Part shown: positions 18,243 through 33,300 of the stretch, piece by piece | Layout: each line of letters begins with the position of its first letter | Numbering within the stretch: position 1 is the stretch's first letter | NCBI GenBank assembly: GCA_013359235.1 | Contig: JABWCE010000009.1 | Location: forward strand, 8,796-72,795 | Reading direction: 5' to 3' | Source of the DNA: Bacteroidota bacterium | Lineage (GTDB): Bacteria; Bacteroidota; Bacteroidia; NS11-12g; UBA9320 | Length of the DNA stretch: 64,000 bases | Notes under the pieces: model-generated | Databases searched by the model: none | The model's input: the letters and a program-made list of their open reading frames with translations, nothing else | What the model was told of the DNA's origin: nothing | Program-made: the position numbers and the translations under genes

Positions 18243-18377
18243 TTAATATTTTATGATAATAATCATATCAAGATAAGCTGCTATTTTCTTTATTTTGCTA
18301 AAAAAAGAACTAAATTTTTTTTTTAAAAAAAATAATTATAAGTTCGTGTTTTAAATTTTAATTGAAATTCTCTTTAT

Positions 18378-21300
18378 ATGAAAAATAGATTTTACTCTAA
18401 GCTATCTCAGCTATTTGCAACTTTATCGGTATTATTTTTATTTAGCGTTTCAAAAGTTAACGCACAAACTTCTGATACTAAAGTTTTTGATTATGATATT
18501 TCAGGAGGCTGCAATGTGTGTGCAGATTCTTTTAAATACAACTATTACACCTATGATAGTTTTCTTGATGCAACATCAAGTAAAAAATATATTGAAAGTA
18601 TTGAAGTAAAATTAAAGTTTTTTTCATGTTATTCAGGTCCATTATACCTTTATATGAATGGAAATTTAATTGCAACCAATGCTATTGGTTCAATGTGTTC
18701 TTGTAATTCGTGTGACTCATCAACTTTTATAATTAACTCAAACAATGTTATTAAATACTATAATTATAAACAAAAAAATTATTTTATGATTAAAACTAAT
18801 AACGATAATAATATTTATATTGATAGAACAATAATAAAAAGGAATTTTTCAGATAGATTCAATTATGATGCAGGTATATTTAGTATTGATTCACCAATAG
18901 TAAATACTTGTCCCGGATCAAAAAATATAAAGGTTAAAGTTTTTAATAATGGTAAGCAACCAATTAGTTCGCTTACAATAGACTGGAAATGGAATGGAGT
19001 ATCACAATCATCAGCATCAATTTCTGGTACATTAGACACAATTGGAGGTAGTGGAAGCAATAATCAGGTAGTTACAATTGGTTCTAAAACGTTTACAAAA
19101 GGAAAAATAGATACCTTAAAGGTTTGGACAAAAAATCCCGGTGGAGTATCAGATTCACTAAACTCAAATGACACAATGAATTATTTGTTTTATGGCAGCT
19201 ATAGTGATACCATTACTGTTGGAGGAACATCGCCTATGTTTACAACAGTTCAAGCAGCAGTAAACGCTTTAATGACTTATGGAGTTTGTGGTCCTACATA
19301 TATTAAAATAAGACCTGGAACTTATACCGAACAAGTAACCATAAACACAATTCCGGGTGTAAGTGCAAGTAATACTGTTACATTCTTATCTTCAACTCTC
19401 GATAGTTCAAGTGTAATAATTAGTTATAATTCTACTAGTAGTTCAAATAATTTTACGGTAAAAATTAATGAAACAAAATTTATAAATTTCTATAAAATAT
19501 CTATTAGGTCATTAAGTACCAGCTATTCTCGGGTAGTGTCTTTTACTGGAAATGTTGAAAACATAGTTTTTCAGAATTGTTACATTAATGCTGCAATTGT
19601 AACTTCTACAGGTTCATCAAGAACTGCAATTTATAGAAGTTATAATTCAAGTTCAGAAAAATTTAACAATATTTCAATTTTAAATTCTTTGATTAACGGG
19701 GGGTCTTATGGAATTTATTTTTCAAATTCATATGTAAATTATATGAATGGATTTTATGTAAGAAATTGTATTTTTCAGAATCAATACTATGTTAATATTC
19801 GATGTGATTATGCCGAGAATGTTGATATAAAAGGAAATACTTTAAATAAATCTAATTCATCATACACCTGGGGAGGTAATGCAATTTATTTTAATAACAT
19901 AAGCGATAGTATGTGGATTAGAGATAATATAATATCACATGATAACGCAGGTGAATGTATTTACATTAGCGGAGCTTCAGGTTCAAGTACTAATAGATTA
20001 GTAATTGCTAACAATTTTATTTCCGGTAATAATAATAATACAAGCGGTAATCTTATAAATCTTGATTATTGCTCATACATTGATTTAGTTTACAATAATA
20101 CTTTTTGCAGCTATGCAGATAATGCATATTGCTTAAATATAAGCGAAGGAAATAACATTAGATTATTTAACAACAACTTTTACAATGACAATTTAGGTGA
20201 AGTATTCAATATTATTTCCGAAACATCAAGTTGCGTAACTCAATCAGATAATAATAACTTTTATCACGAAGATTATGGACTGGGAAATTGGTATGGAAAT
20301 TATATTGATAATATAGATGATTTAAAAGTTTTAGGTATGGATTCAAACTCTGTAAGTGTAGATCCTAATTACACCTCTCAAGTCAACTTGCACACATATA
20401 ATGTTGACCTAAAAAGTAATGCAAAACCATATAGCGGCATTACAAAAGACATTGATGGAGAATCGCGAAATTCATCAACACCTGATATAGGTGCTGACGA
20501 ATTTAAACTTAAAACCTTAGATGCCGGTATTGTAGATAGAATAAGAGTTACACCAGGTACCAAATGTTTGAAAGTAGTGCTTAAAAATTTTGGTTCAAAC
20601 ACACTTACATCGGCAAAAATTGACTGGAAACTAAATGGAGTATCAAAAACTCAGGTAAACTGGAGTGGTTCACTTGCAAAAGGTGATACTGATATAGTTT
20701 GTTTAGGTAATGTTAATTTTTTGAAAGATTCGTTATATCTTTTAAAAGCTTGGACATCAGCTCCCAATAGCGGAACAGATTCATTAAGTGACAATGATAC
20801 ATTATTAACCGATTTTTATACTTCGCTTAGTGGTGAATACACTATTGGAGGCACAAGTCCTGATTTTACTACATTCACTGCTGCTGTAGATGCTCTCAAT
20901 GATTATGGAATTATAGATTCTGTTTTATTTAAAGTTAGAAATGGAACATATACAGAACAATTAGATTTTGGATATATTGATGGTGCAACACGCGCTAATT
21001 CGGTAATTTTCCAGTCAGAAAGCAAAGACAGTACTAAAGTTACTTTAGAATATGGCTCTTCAAGTTACTATAATAATTATGTTGTGAAATTGGATGAAAC
21101 CCGCGGGTTAACTTTCAGAAAGATGAGAATTAAAAACTTTTCTAGTACATACATGAGGGTTTTTGATGTTGTAGATAGATCAAAGTGGTTTACTCTTGAA
21201 AACAATATTATTACCAACTTAGATTCTACAAATACTTCAGATGAGACTGCTTTGGTATATATAAATTATAATAGTGGTTCAGATTATTTATTTAAACAAA

Positions 21301-24300
21301 ATGTTTTTCATAATGGAAGTTATGCAATTAATATTAATGGTTCTTGGGCAGCTTTTGATAATAAAATAAATATCAAAAACAATATTTTCAAAAACCAAGG
21401 TTATCAGACTATAATGTTGTATAATGTAAGAAATATTGATTTGTCAGGAAACAACATAAATGAAAACCGTCCATATTTTGCTAAAGGTATTTATGTAAGT
21501 TATATATATGGAAAAAACAATATTTACAACAATTACATTTATTTAACCGGAGTGCCCGAAATTGGAATTCAACTGTACAATCAATCAATGTATGCAGGTG
21601 ATTCTTTAAATCTATATAATAATATGATTAGTATTGGCGGAACTTATCCTGGTGTAGGAATATACGGATCAAATTTATACAATACAAATATATATTATAA
21701 TAGCGTATTAAATACATGTACCGACTCTACGTCAAATTCATGTGCTTTTTATTACGACTGGGGAAATATAAGAATGTATAACAATAATTTTGTTCATTTG
21801 AATAACGGATATTCATTATATATTAGTAGTGCGGCATATCAAAAATCAAATTTTAACAATCTATATACAAACGGGACTAAATTTGTATATTGGAACGGAA
21901 ATTCTTATTCAAATTTAAACAGTTATAAAACAGCCTCAAGCAATGATACTAGTTCAGTTTCTATAGATCCTTATTTCACTTCTGTATCAAATCTTCATAC
22001 TTCACATATTGGCTTAAACGCAAAAGCCAAAGTTATTGGAACAATAACCAAAGATTTTGACGGTGATACAAGAAATACAACCACTCCCGATATTGGTGCT
22101 GATGAATTTACCCCATTTTCAAGAGATGCCAGCATTACTAAATTTATAACACCAGGCAATATATTCAAAGCCGACTCTACAAATTTTGAAGTAGTAGTTA
22201 CCAATTTGGGTCTTGATACAATTAAGCAAATTACAGTTAGTGTAAAAATAAATAACGATACACTTCCAAGAAAGTATGTTACAAGGTCATTTGCTTCGGG
22301 TGATACAATTATTGTTAAAATAAATAAAAAATATTACTTACACAAAGACAGTACTTACAAATTTACAGCGTGGTCAAGCCTGCCAAATGGAAGCAGCGAC
22401 CAGAAACCTTCTAACGATACATTAACAAAATCAAACCAGAAGACAGCATTATCTGGAGTATATACTATTGGAGGAACTTCGCCCAATTACAATACATTTA
22501 AAGCAGCCGTAAACGATCTTAAATCGAGAGGAATAATTGACAGTGTGAGATTTAGAGTGAGAATGGGCACATATACTGAACAATTTAGAATACCTCAAAT
22601 AAGTGGAGCAAGCAAAAGAAACAGCATAATTTTTGAATCGGAAGATAAAGACACTACAAAAGTTACTTTAACGTATGCCTCATCTTATTATGATACAAAT
22701 TACGTAGTATATTTAGATGGTGCAGATGGTATTACTTTCAGATATATGACAATTAGTGCCACATCACCATACAGTTACAATAGAATTTTTAACTTGAGAA
22801 ACAATGCACATAACAATACTATATATAAAAATGTATTAATTGCACCAAATACAAATTACGCAGCAGATGAAAATTCATTGATTTACTCTGAAAATTCTGA
22901 TGATAATAATTTACTTATAAACAACAATCATTTTAAAAATGGTGACTATGGAGTTTACTTAAATGGATATGCACCTTACAGTTATGAACATGGACTCGAA
23001 ATTTCTGACAACGTGTTTCAAAATCAATATGGTTACGGAATTTATTTATATTATGGTGATAGTGTAAATATATATAATAATTATTTTTATTCTGATAAAT
23101 ACTATTATTATACAGGATTGTATGCCAATTATTTAAATTCAAATATTAAAATAAATAAAAATTCTTTTGTTATTAAACAGGGAAAAAATGGTATATATTT
23201 ATATAGTACAGGTAATAGTTTTAAGAGAAATTTAATTTCTAATAATGCTTTGTATATAAATAATAATTCATCAAGTTGTTACGGAATAAGATTAAATTAT
23301 TTCAATTATTTTGATGTAATACATAATACGGTAAATTTAGAAGGCACAAATAATTCATCAAGTGCAATTTATGGAGATTATGGAGGTAATAACACATTTT
23401 ATAACAATAACATTGTAAATAGCAGCGGTTATAGTATATATCTAACTTCTACATCTACTTTTACAAATCTAAATTATAATAATTATAAATCTTCAGGTTC
23501 GTATTTGGGATATTGGGCAGGTACATATTGCAGCAACCTTACAAGTTGGCAAACTACAAGTACTAAAGATACATTAAGTAAATCAGTAAATCCAATATTC
23601 TATTCAAATACAAATCTCCACGTAAAAGAAGTTGCATTAAATGGGGCAGCAAAATATTTTAGTATAGTACCCAATGATTTTGATGGACAACCCAGAAACA
23701 CCTCAACTCCCGATATTGGAGCTGATGAATTTGATTTGCCGGCAAATGATGGAGGAATTGCGGCAATAATTGTTCCCAAAAAACCTTTCCCTGCTGATAG
23801 TCAATGGGTAAAAGTCGTTTTGAAAAATTACGGTTCGAATGCTATAACAAGCGTTTCAATAAATTGGAAATTCAATGGTACTACTCAAACAACCAAATCG
23901 TGGACAGGCACATTAAATTCAGGTGATACAGTTCATGTAAAATTGTTAAAGAAATTTTTTGTTGGAGGTACTCCATACAGTACCAAAGTATGGACAACAA
24001 GCCCCAATGGCTCAACAGACCCTGAAAATACTAATGATACAACAGAAGAACTAAATCAATATCCGGCAATGAGCGGAGTATATACCATAGGTGGTTCGTC
24101 GCCTGATTTTGCTAATTTTAATGCAGCAATAAATGCTATGAAACTCGGTGGTATTATAGATTCAGTAAGGTTTGATGTAAGAGACGGAACTTATAACGAA
24201 CAGTTTAGAATTCCAAAAATTGCCGGGGCAGAAAATGAAAATTCAATTATTTTCCAAAGTCAATCAAAAGATAGCAGTAAAGTAATATTGACTTATGCAC

Positions 24301-27300
24301 CGTCTTACTCAAATAACTGGATAGTGAGAATAGATAGTGCCAGAGGTGTAACTTTCAGATATATGAGATTTAATTCAGGCGGAGGCTCATATAATAGAAT
24401 TTTTGTAGTTTATGGTGATGCACAAAACATAAATCTGCACAATTGCTTATTAAAAGGAATATATTCTTCTACAAGTGATTATAGTGCTTTAGTATATACA
24501 AATTATGAATACAGTGATTGTCCAAATTTCAACAATTTTAAGATATATAAAAATATATTTCTTTATGGGTCTTTTGGAGTATATTCATACGGATATTCTT
24601 ATAATAGTAGAGCAAATAATTTGAATATTTATGAAAATAAATTTGAGAACCAATATTATATGGGTTTATATATTTATTATAATAGAAATCTTATAATAAA
24701 TAAAAATAATATTTACCATACAAATTCATATACAGGATATACAAGCGGCTATGGAATTTATTTATACTATTTAACCGAAGGATATAAAATAACATCAAAT
24801 AAAATTTATAATCAAGAATACACAGCTATTTCTGCAACTAATTGTAATGGTGCTGTTGGAGATTCATCATTGGTAGCTAATAATTTTATACATTCAAGAA
24901 ATACAAGCAGCACAACAAATGCTGTTAATTTTTATAACAATTATTATTTAAATTTTTATTATAACAATATACACATAAAAAACACAAATGCAAATTCAAC
25001 ATCAGCATATTTTCAATACCTTGATTATTCAAATATTAATAATAATAATTTTGTAAATATTGGCAATGGTTGGGCTTTATATGCATATTATGGATCAATA
25101 ATTAAGTTTAATAATAATAATTATTATACAAATGGGTCAAAACTATTAAATAGAAACGGTAACAGTTATGCAAATCTCTCTGATTGGCAAACAGCAACTT
25201 CTTATGATTTAAATTCATTAAATGTTAACCCCAATTACACTACAGATACCGACTTGCATACAGATCAAATAGATCTAAATGGTAAGGCACGAAACATAAA
25301 ATATATTATAGATAAAGATATTGATGAACAGAGCCGAGATATTAATACACCTGATATAGGTGCTGATGAGTATGTACCACCAGCAATTGATGCTGGAGTT
25401 ACATTGCTTAAATCACCAGGTTCTACATTTAGTGCAACTACTTATGATATAATAGCAATAATTAAGAATTTTGGAACTGATACTATTAAAAAAGTTAAAG
25501 TAAAAATTAAAATAAATAATGACACTCTTGCTAGAAAGATAGTTACAAAATCAATAAAAACAGGCGATACCGCTCATGTTAAATTAGGTCAATTCACGTT
25601 TCATAAAGATAGTACTTACAATATGTATGTTTGGACTTTTGAACCCAATGATGTTTCGGACCAAAACAGCGAAAACGATACCTTGAAATTATTAAACAAA
25701 CAAACTGCTTTGTCCGGTGTATATACAATCGGTGGAACAACCCCTGATTTTACCAACTTTAAAGCTGCGGTTAATGCACTTAAAACAAGAGGAATAATTG
25801 ATAGTGTAAGGTTTAGGGTGCGAAGCGGAACATATACAGAACAATTAAAAATACCTGAAATAACAGGGGCAGGCAGTAGAAATTCAATAATTTTTGAATC
25901 TGAAAACAAAGATACTTCAAGCGTAACTCTTATGTATAATTCTGTATATTCAGATACGAATTATGTTGTATTACTTGATGGTGCTGATGGTATAACATTC
26001 AGATACCTAATAATAAAAGCCAATTCGAGTTCAAATTACAATAGAGTTATTAGCTTAAAAAATGGAGCCCATTACAATACCATATACAAAAACATAATTG
26101 AGGGTTCAAATACATCATGGGGTTCAGATTACAATGCATTGATATACTCCGGTTCTGATGCTGATAATAACACACAAATAAAAGACAATCATTTTAAAAA
26201 TGGCGACATTGCAATATTTTTATATGGGTATCCATCACAAGCACCATATACATACGAAAAAGGTAACGAGATATCAGGTAATAAAATTTTAAATCCTTAT
26301 TATCGTGGTATTCATTTACAATATCAAGATACTTTAAACATATCTGCAAATTACTTGTACATGGATAAATATAATGGCGCTACTGGTATTTACCTCGATA
26401 ATGCAAAAACCAATATCACTATTTACAGAAATATACTTGAATTAAAACAAGCATATTCTGGATTTAATTTTGATTATTTTGGAACCTCTTTCAACAGAAA
26501 TTTAGTGTCTAATAATGCCATATATATTAAAAACAATAGTTCAGGTTGCAATGGTATATATTTCTATTCGCCTCAATATGTAGATTTAATACATAATAGT
26601 ATAAACGTAGAGTCGTCAATTAACGGTTCAAAAGCTTTATATTTATATTATGGAAGTTACAACAACTTATTCAATAATAATTTTGTTAACTCCGGATATG
26701 GTTATTCTAACTATATATATTCTACATCAAACTTAACAAGTAACTATAATAATTTATTTTCAAATAGTACAACATATTTTGCAAATTGGAACGGAACAAA
26801 CATATCCAATATTTCAGCATGGAAATCAACAACAAGTAAGGATGCAAATAGTATATCTGTTGATCCACTTTATAAGGCAGCAAATAATTTGCACGTGAAA
26901 GAAATGTCATTGAATGCTGCGGGAACTTATTTTAGTTCAGTTCCTTTAGATTTTGATTATGAAACAAGAGATAATACTCATCCCGACATAGGTGCAGATG
27001 AGTTTCAATTACCTTCAAATGATGCAGGAGTTTATTCTATTATTGTACCAAAAAAACCATTCCCTGCTGATAGCCAGTATGTAAAAGTTGCAATTAAAAA
27101 TTTTGGCGGCAATAAAATTTATCAGGTAAATATAGGTTGGACATTTAATGGTGTATTACAAACTCCGATTACATGCACAGATTCAATAGAATCAGGAGAT
27201 ACATTACACATTAAATTAGCTAAAATGTTTTTTGCAAAATATACAAATCACAATGTTAAAGTATGGACATATAGCCCCAATGGAGCATCAGACGGATTAA

Positions 27301-30300
27301 TTACTAACGATACAATGCAGGTTTTAAATCAACAACCTGCAATGAGTGGTGTTTATACTATCGGTGGAGCATCGCCTGATTTTGCAACATTTAACGATGC
27401 TGTAAATGCAATGAAAACATGTGGTATTATTGATTCGGTAAGATTTGATGTGAGGTCGGGTACTTATTACGAAAAATTTATTATTCCGTATATAGCTGGA
27501 GCGAACAACGAAAATTCAATAATTTTCCAAAGTGAATTAAAAGACAGCAGCAAGGTGGTTTTAATGGGTACACCATCATATACAGACAATTATGTAGTAA
27601 GGTTTGATAGTACAATTGGTGTAACTTTTAGATATTTGACACTTAGAACTACTTTACCATTATATTACAACAGAGTTGTAGAAATGAATAGAGAATGTAA
27701 AAAAATTAATATACATGACTGTAATTTAATAGGTAATTATGCATCAGGAACAGATTATAACGAATCAGTAATTTATATTTATAACAGTAATACGGTTTTT
27801 AATTCATTTAATAATATTAAAATTTATAGAAACAATATAATTAATGGTTCTTATGGTGTATATTGTAATGGAAGTTCAAATTTTTCGAAAGGTATTGATT
27901 TGAAAATTTACCAGAATAATTTTTATAACCAATATTATATGGGAATGTTTTTATCGTACAATAGAAATATGTATCTACATAAAAATATAATTGATAGAAA
28001 TATTTCAGGTTATTATACTTGTTTTGGTGTTTATATACAAGAAATTACAGAAGGTTTTGTAGTTACAAATAACAAAATCTCAAATTACAATTATTATGGA
28101 CTATTCGCTTATTATAGCTATGGTTCATCAGGCGATACATCCTTAATAGCTAATAATTTTATTCATGCATCTTCAAGTAATTCAATTAATGGAGCATATA
28201 TTTATAATTGTAATTATATTAATTTCTTTAATAATAATATTAATGTAGTAAGCACTCAATCTTCTTCTAAATCAGCATATTTTTATTCGCTAAGCAATGC
28301 TTCGGTATGCAACAATATTTTTTCTATGAATGGTGCCGGATTTGCAATGTACAATTATTATGGTTCTTTTATAAGAAGTGATTTTAATAATTTTTATACG
28401 GGTGGCACATATTTGATGAATTATAATGGTACCTCGTACACTACATTAAGTGCTTATAAAAGTGCATCAGGTCTCGAAACAAATTCATTTAACGTTGACC
28501 CTGACTATGTAAGCAATACTGATTTACATATAAGAGCAACCGATTTAGACGGCAAAGGCAGAAATCATAAATATTTAATAACAAAAGATATTGACGACCA
28601 AAACAGAAATACTGCAACCCCTGATATAGGTGCTGATGAATTTGATATACCTGCAGCAAATGATGCCGGCATTCTTTCATATATTTCTCCGGTTGCAGCA
28701 TTTGCCGCTGGTAGCAATTCTGTATATGTTGTAATTAAAAACTTTGGTTCAGATTCATTAAAATCTGCAACAATAAAATGGAGAGTAAATGGTAATTTGC
28801 AAACAAGCAAAAGCTGGACGGGTAAACTCAAAACAGGTCAAACAGATACTGTAAATATTGGAAACTACAATTTTATTTCAGGAAAAGATCATGATTTGAA
28901 ATTCTGGACAACTGACCCCAATGGTGTAGCCGATACAACAAATTACAATGATACATTACTTAAAAATGATGTATTTGCAGCACTTGACGGAGTATATACA
29001 GTATATGGCACATTGCCAGATTTTGCTGACCTTAACGAAGCATTTAATGCAATAAAACTCGGAGGCGTAATTGATACTGTTTGGCTCAAATTAAGATCAG
29101 GAACTCATACAGTAAATGCAACATTAAATCAGTATTTGGGTTCAAGTCCCAATCATCCTGTAATAATTGAATCTGCTTCGGGCGATAGTTCTGATGTTGT
29201 ATTAACCGGTACCACAGTTATATATTTAAGTGGAAGTGATTATATAAAATTCAAAAAACTTACCTTCCAATCACATTATCGTTGTATTGAAATAAATAAT
29301 ATGTCTAATGGTATTTCATTTGAAAATTGTCATTTTATTATGGATGATTATTGGTGGTACACTACTTATGGAATTTATTCAGGAAGTTCGGCTGATGATA
29401 GCTTAACGGTAAAAAATTGTAAATTTTCGGATGGTGATATAGCAATTTATATTTATGGTTATCCAAATTCAGGAAGTATTTTAGAAAAAAACCATATAAT
29501 CTCAAATAATTCATTTGTTAATCAATCAAGTAAATCTATTTATGTAAGTTATGTAAATTCGTTAGAAGTAACAAAAAATTTAATTTCTACAACAAGTAGC
29601 AATTCAACATTTATTGTTGAATTTAATCATACACAAAACAAAATTAATTTCAGTTATAACAAGATTATTAGATATGCAGACTATAGTTCAGGTTTGGTAT
29701 TTTATAATCATGTTGGAACAAACACCACTAAGTCATTAATTTCAAACAATTTTATTTCAACTTATGGGTCAACACTTACAAAAGGTGTAGAATTATATAA
29801 TTCTCAATATATTAATTTTTATCATAATAGTTTGAATCAATATGGCAGCGCAACAGGAACAAATTCTTTTTCATTACATATTAACGGTGGTGCTAATTTT
29901 GATATTAGAAACAATGTAATTGCAAATACAGGAAGCGGATATTCGATGTTTTATGAGAATTCGCCATCTTCTGTAAATTCTGATTACAATGATATTTACA
30001 GTTCGGGAACTTATATAGGACGTATAAATACTACCGATTATTCAACTCTATCAAATTGGCAAAGTGCAACATCAAAAGAAGCAAATTCAATTTCTTTCAA
30101 CCCAAGTTACGTTTCTAATACTGATTTGCATTCAAATTTAGCCGCACTTGATAGTGCCTGCCTATATATTTCATCAGTAACTGATGATATTGATAATGAG
30201 TCTAGAAATACATCATATCCTGATATTGGAGCTGATGAATTCCAGAGTTTAGCAAATAATTTGGGAGTAGTTTCGGTAATTAAACCGGAAACAACATGTG

Positions 30301-33300
30301 GCTTAGACTCAACATATATAAAACTTAGAGTATTTAATTTTGGTAATCAAAACCAGGTTAATTACCCATTAAAATATAAATTGAGTTCGTCACCTACAAT
30401 TCAATCTGTGACAATTACAGATACTATTAAACCAGGCCAGTTTTACGAATATCAATTTGCTGCAAAAGAAGCCATTTCGTTTAATACAACTTTAAGCATT
30501 AAGGCATGGACAGATTTATCAGCAGAAATGTACCGAAATAATGATAGTATATTACAATCATTTATTAATTACTCAACACCTGATTCTGTTAAGTTTATGT
30601 CACCTTCTAATGGTACATCAAACATTGATTTTCCATTTACACTTTCATGGCTGCCTTCTACAGGTGCAACAAAATACGATATATATATTTGGGATACCGC
30701 AACTTCAAAACCACCCACACCAACAGTATCTAATCATTCGCAAATAAGTTATCAGATTACAGCTGGTTTAGCTTATGGCAAAACATACTACTGGCAGGTG
30801 ATTGCAAAAAATCCAATATGTTATACAAATGGTGTTGTACAATTATTTACTATTCGTCATTTACCCGATTTAATTGTTGATGAAGTGAATGGTCCTCATA
30901 CAGCTTTTTCAGGAACAAATATTAGTGTGTCATGGAAAGTAAAAAATCAAGGTCTTGGTGCTACAAATAAAAATTGGCATGATAATGTTTATTTATCTTC
31001 AGATACAATATGGGATATAACCGATTTAAATCTAGGAAATACTCAAAACGCTACCGCACTTAATCCATCACAATCATATAACTCTTCATTATCATTTACA
31101 ATACCAAATGGTACTACAGGAAATTATTATTTAATAGTATTTGCTGATAAATACACAAATTTAAAAGAAACAAATGATGACAATAATACAAAAAGAGATA
31201 CAGGAAAAATTAAAATAACTCTCACCCCACCACCTGATTTACAGGTTATGTCTGTTTCAAGACCTTCTGTAGTGTTTTCAGGTTCAACAGTAAACACTAC
31301 ATATACAGTAAAGAACAAAGGAACCGGTGATACACGTTACGGCGGATGGTATGATCATATCTACCTCTCTACCGAAAAGGTTAAAAACGGTAGCTCTTAT
31401 CATATTGGAACAAATTGGAGAAGTGGAAATTTGAAGGTTGATAGTTCGTATTCAGTTACAAAATCTGTTACAATTCCAAACTATATTTCAGGTAAGTATT
31501 TTTTTGTTGTAGTTACTGATTATAATAATAATGAATATGAATATGCTTTTGAAAGTAATAATTCAACAGGAAGCGATACAATTAAGGTATTATTAACACC
31601 TCCACCTGATTTGATTGTTAAAAATGTTGAATTAAAAGACACTGTAAGCAATTCAGAGAATGTATTAATTAATTATAATGTTATAAATGATGGTGGTACT
31701 TCTACCGGAAATAATTTTTATGATGCATTGTATTTATGTCCTACCCCTACATTCAATTTGTCTATTTCATCTTGGATAGGGCAAATGTTTCATTATAACT
31801 TGGCAAGTAAAGATACAAGTGAAGTAAGTAGTTATTTTCAAATGCCCAAAAATATTAATGGTAAATATTACTTGTTCGTTTTAACAGATTATTATAATAG
31901 TATAAACGAAGTAAGCAATGAAGGTAATAACACTTCAATACGTGATTCAATAATTATTTTTAGCCCTGATTTAATTGTTACAAAAGTAATTGTTAACAGT
32001 ATTGACTCAACAGGTTCTACTACCCCAATTAAATGGACTGTTAAAAACGTTGGAAAAGGCAATGATTATCAAGGATTAAGATATGACAGTATATTTATTT
32101 CGCCAAGTTCCACTTGGAATCGTTCTAATGCCAAAGCTTTAGGAAGGTTTAATTATTCAAACAATCTTTTAGTTGGCGACTCTATTGATAGAAATGAGAT
32201 AGTTACAATACCCGATGGTTATTTAGGCACTAAGTATTTTTATGTATTTACTGATGGTACAAATAATGTTTACGAATGGACTAAAGAAAATAATAATATA
32301 AATGTCAGCGACTCTATGGTTGTAAAATTATCACCTTATCCTGATTTATTGCCTTTAGTTTTAAGTTATTACGATTCTGCCGAAGCCGGTCAATTGATTA
32401 GCTTAATTTACAAAGTAAAAAATCAAGGAACTAATATTGCAAACCCAACTTGGAAAGATAAATTTTACTTGTCAAAAGATTCAACATTCAATCCTACCAA
32501 AGTAATTGAGTTGAATTCTGTTACAAAATCATCTATTTTAAAAATAGATTCATCATACTCATCTGCAATATATTTTACATTACCAAATTCAATAGCACGT
32601 GGTGATTATTATTATTGGGTATTTACTGATGCACAATTAAATGTTTTTGAATATACAAATGATTCAAATAACAAAGCAAGGTCACCTAAAGCATTTATTG
32701 ACGGGTATCCTCCGGTAGATTTAAAAGTTAATTGTCCTACAATATATAATGATACTTTAAAATCAGGAAGTACATATTCAATTGCATATTCAGTCACAAA
32801 CATCGGAGATGCAGAAACACAGCAGTCTTCATGGAATGACGGAGTTTATTTATCAACCGACTCTATTTTGAGTTCTGGAGATATAAAATTAAAAACAATA
32901 CCAACAAATAAATCTCTTAAAAAAGACAGTAGTTACAGCATATCTTCTACTATCACAATTCCAAATGGTACAGAGGGCAAATATTATTTGATTGTAAAAA
33001 CTGATGTTGGAAAAGTAATTACCGATGTTGACACAAATAATAATAAGAAAACAGTTTGTAAAGGCAATGGTTTTGCAAAATTATTTGTTATTGAACTTAC
33101 TCCTCCACCCGATTTGAGATTTATTTCATGGAATGTACCATCAACAGCTATATCAGGTCAAAAAATGAAAATAAAATGGAAAGTTGAAAATAATGGAACT
33201 GGCGCAACTCGTTCGGGCTCATGGACAGATAAAGTTTATTTATCAACCGATTATAATATTGATGGAAATGACTATGGTTTTGGCTATGTAAGACATTCGG

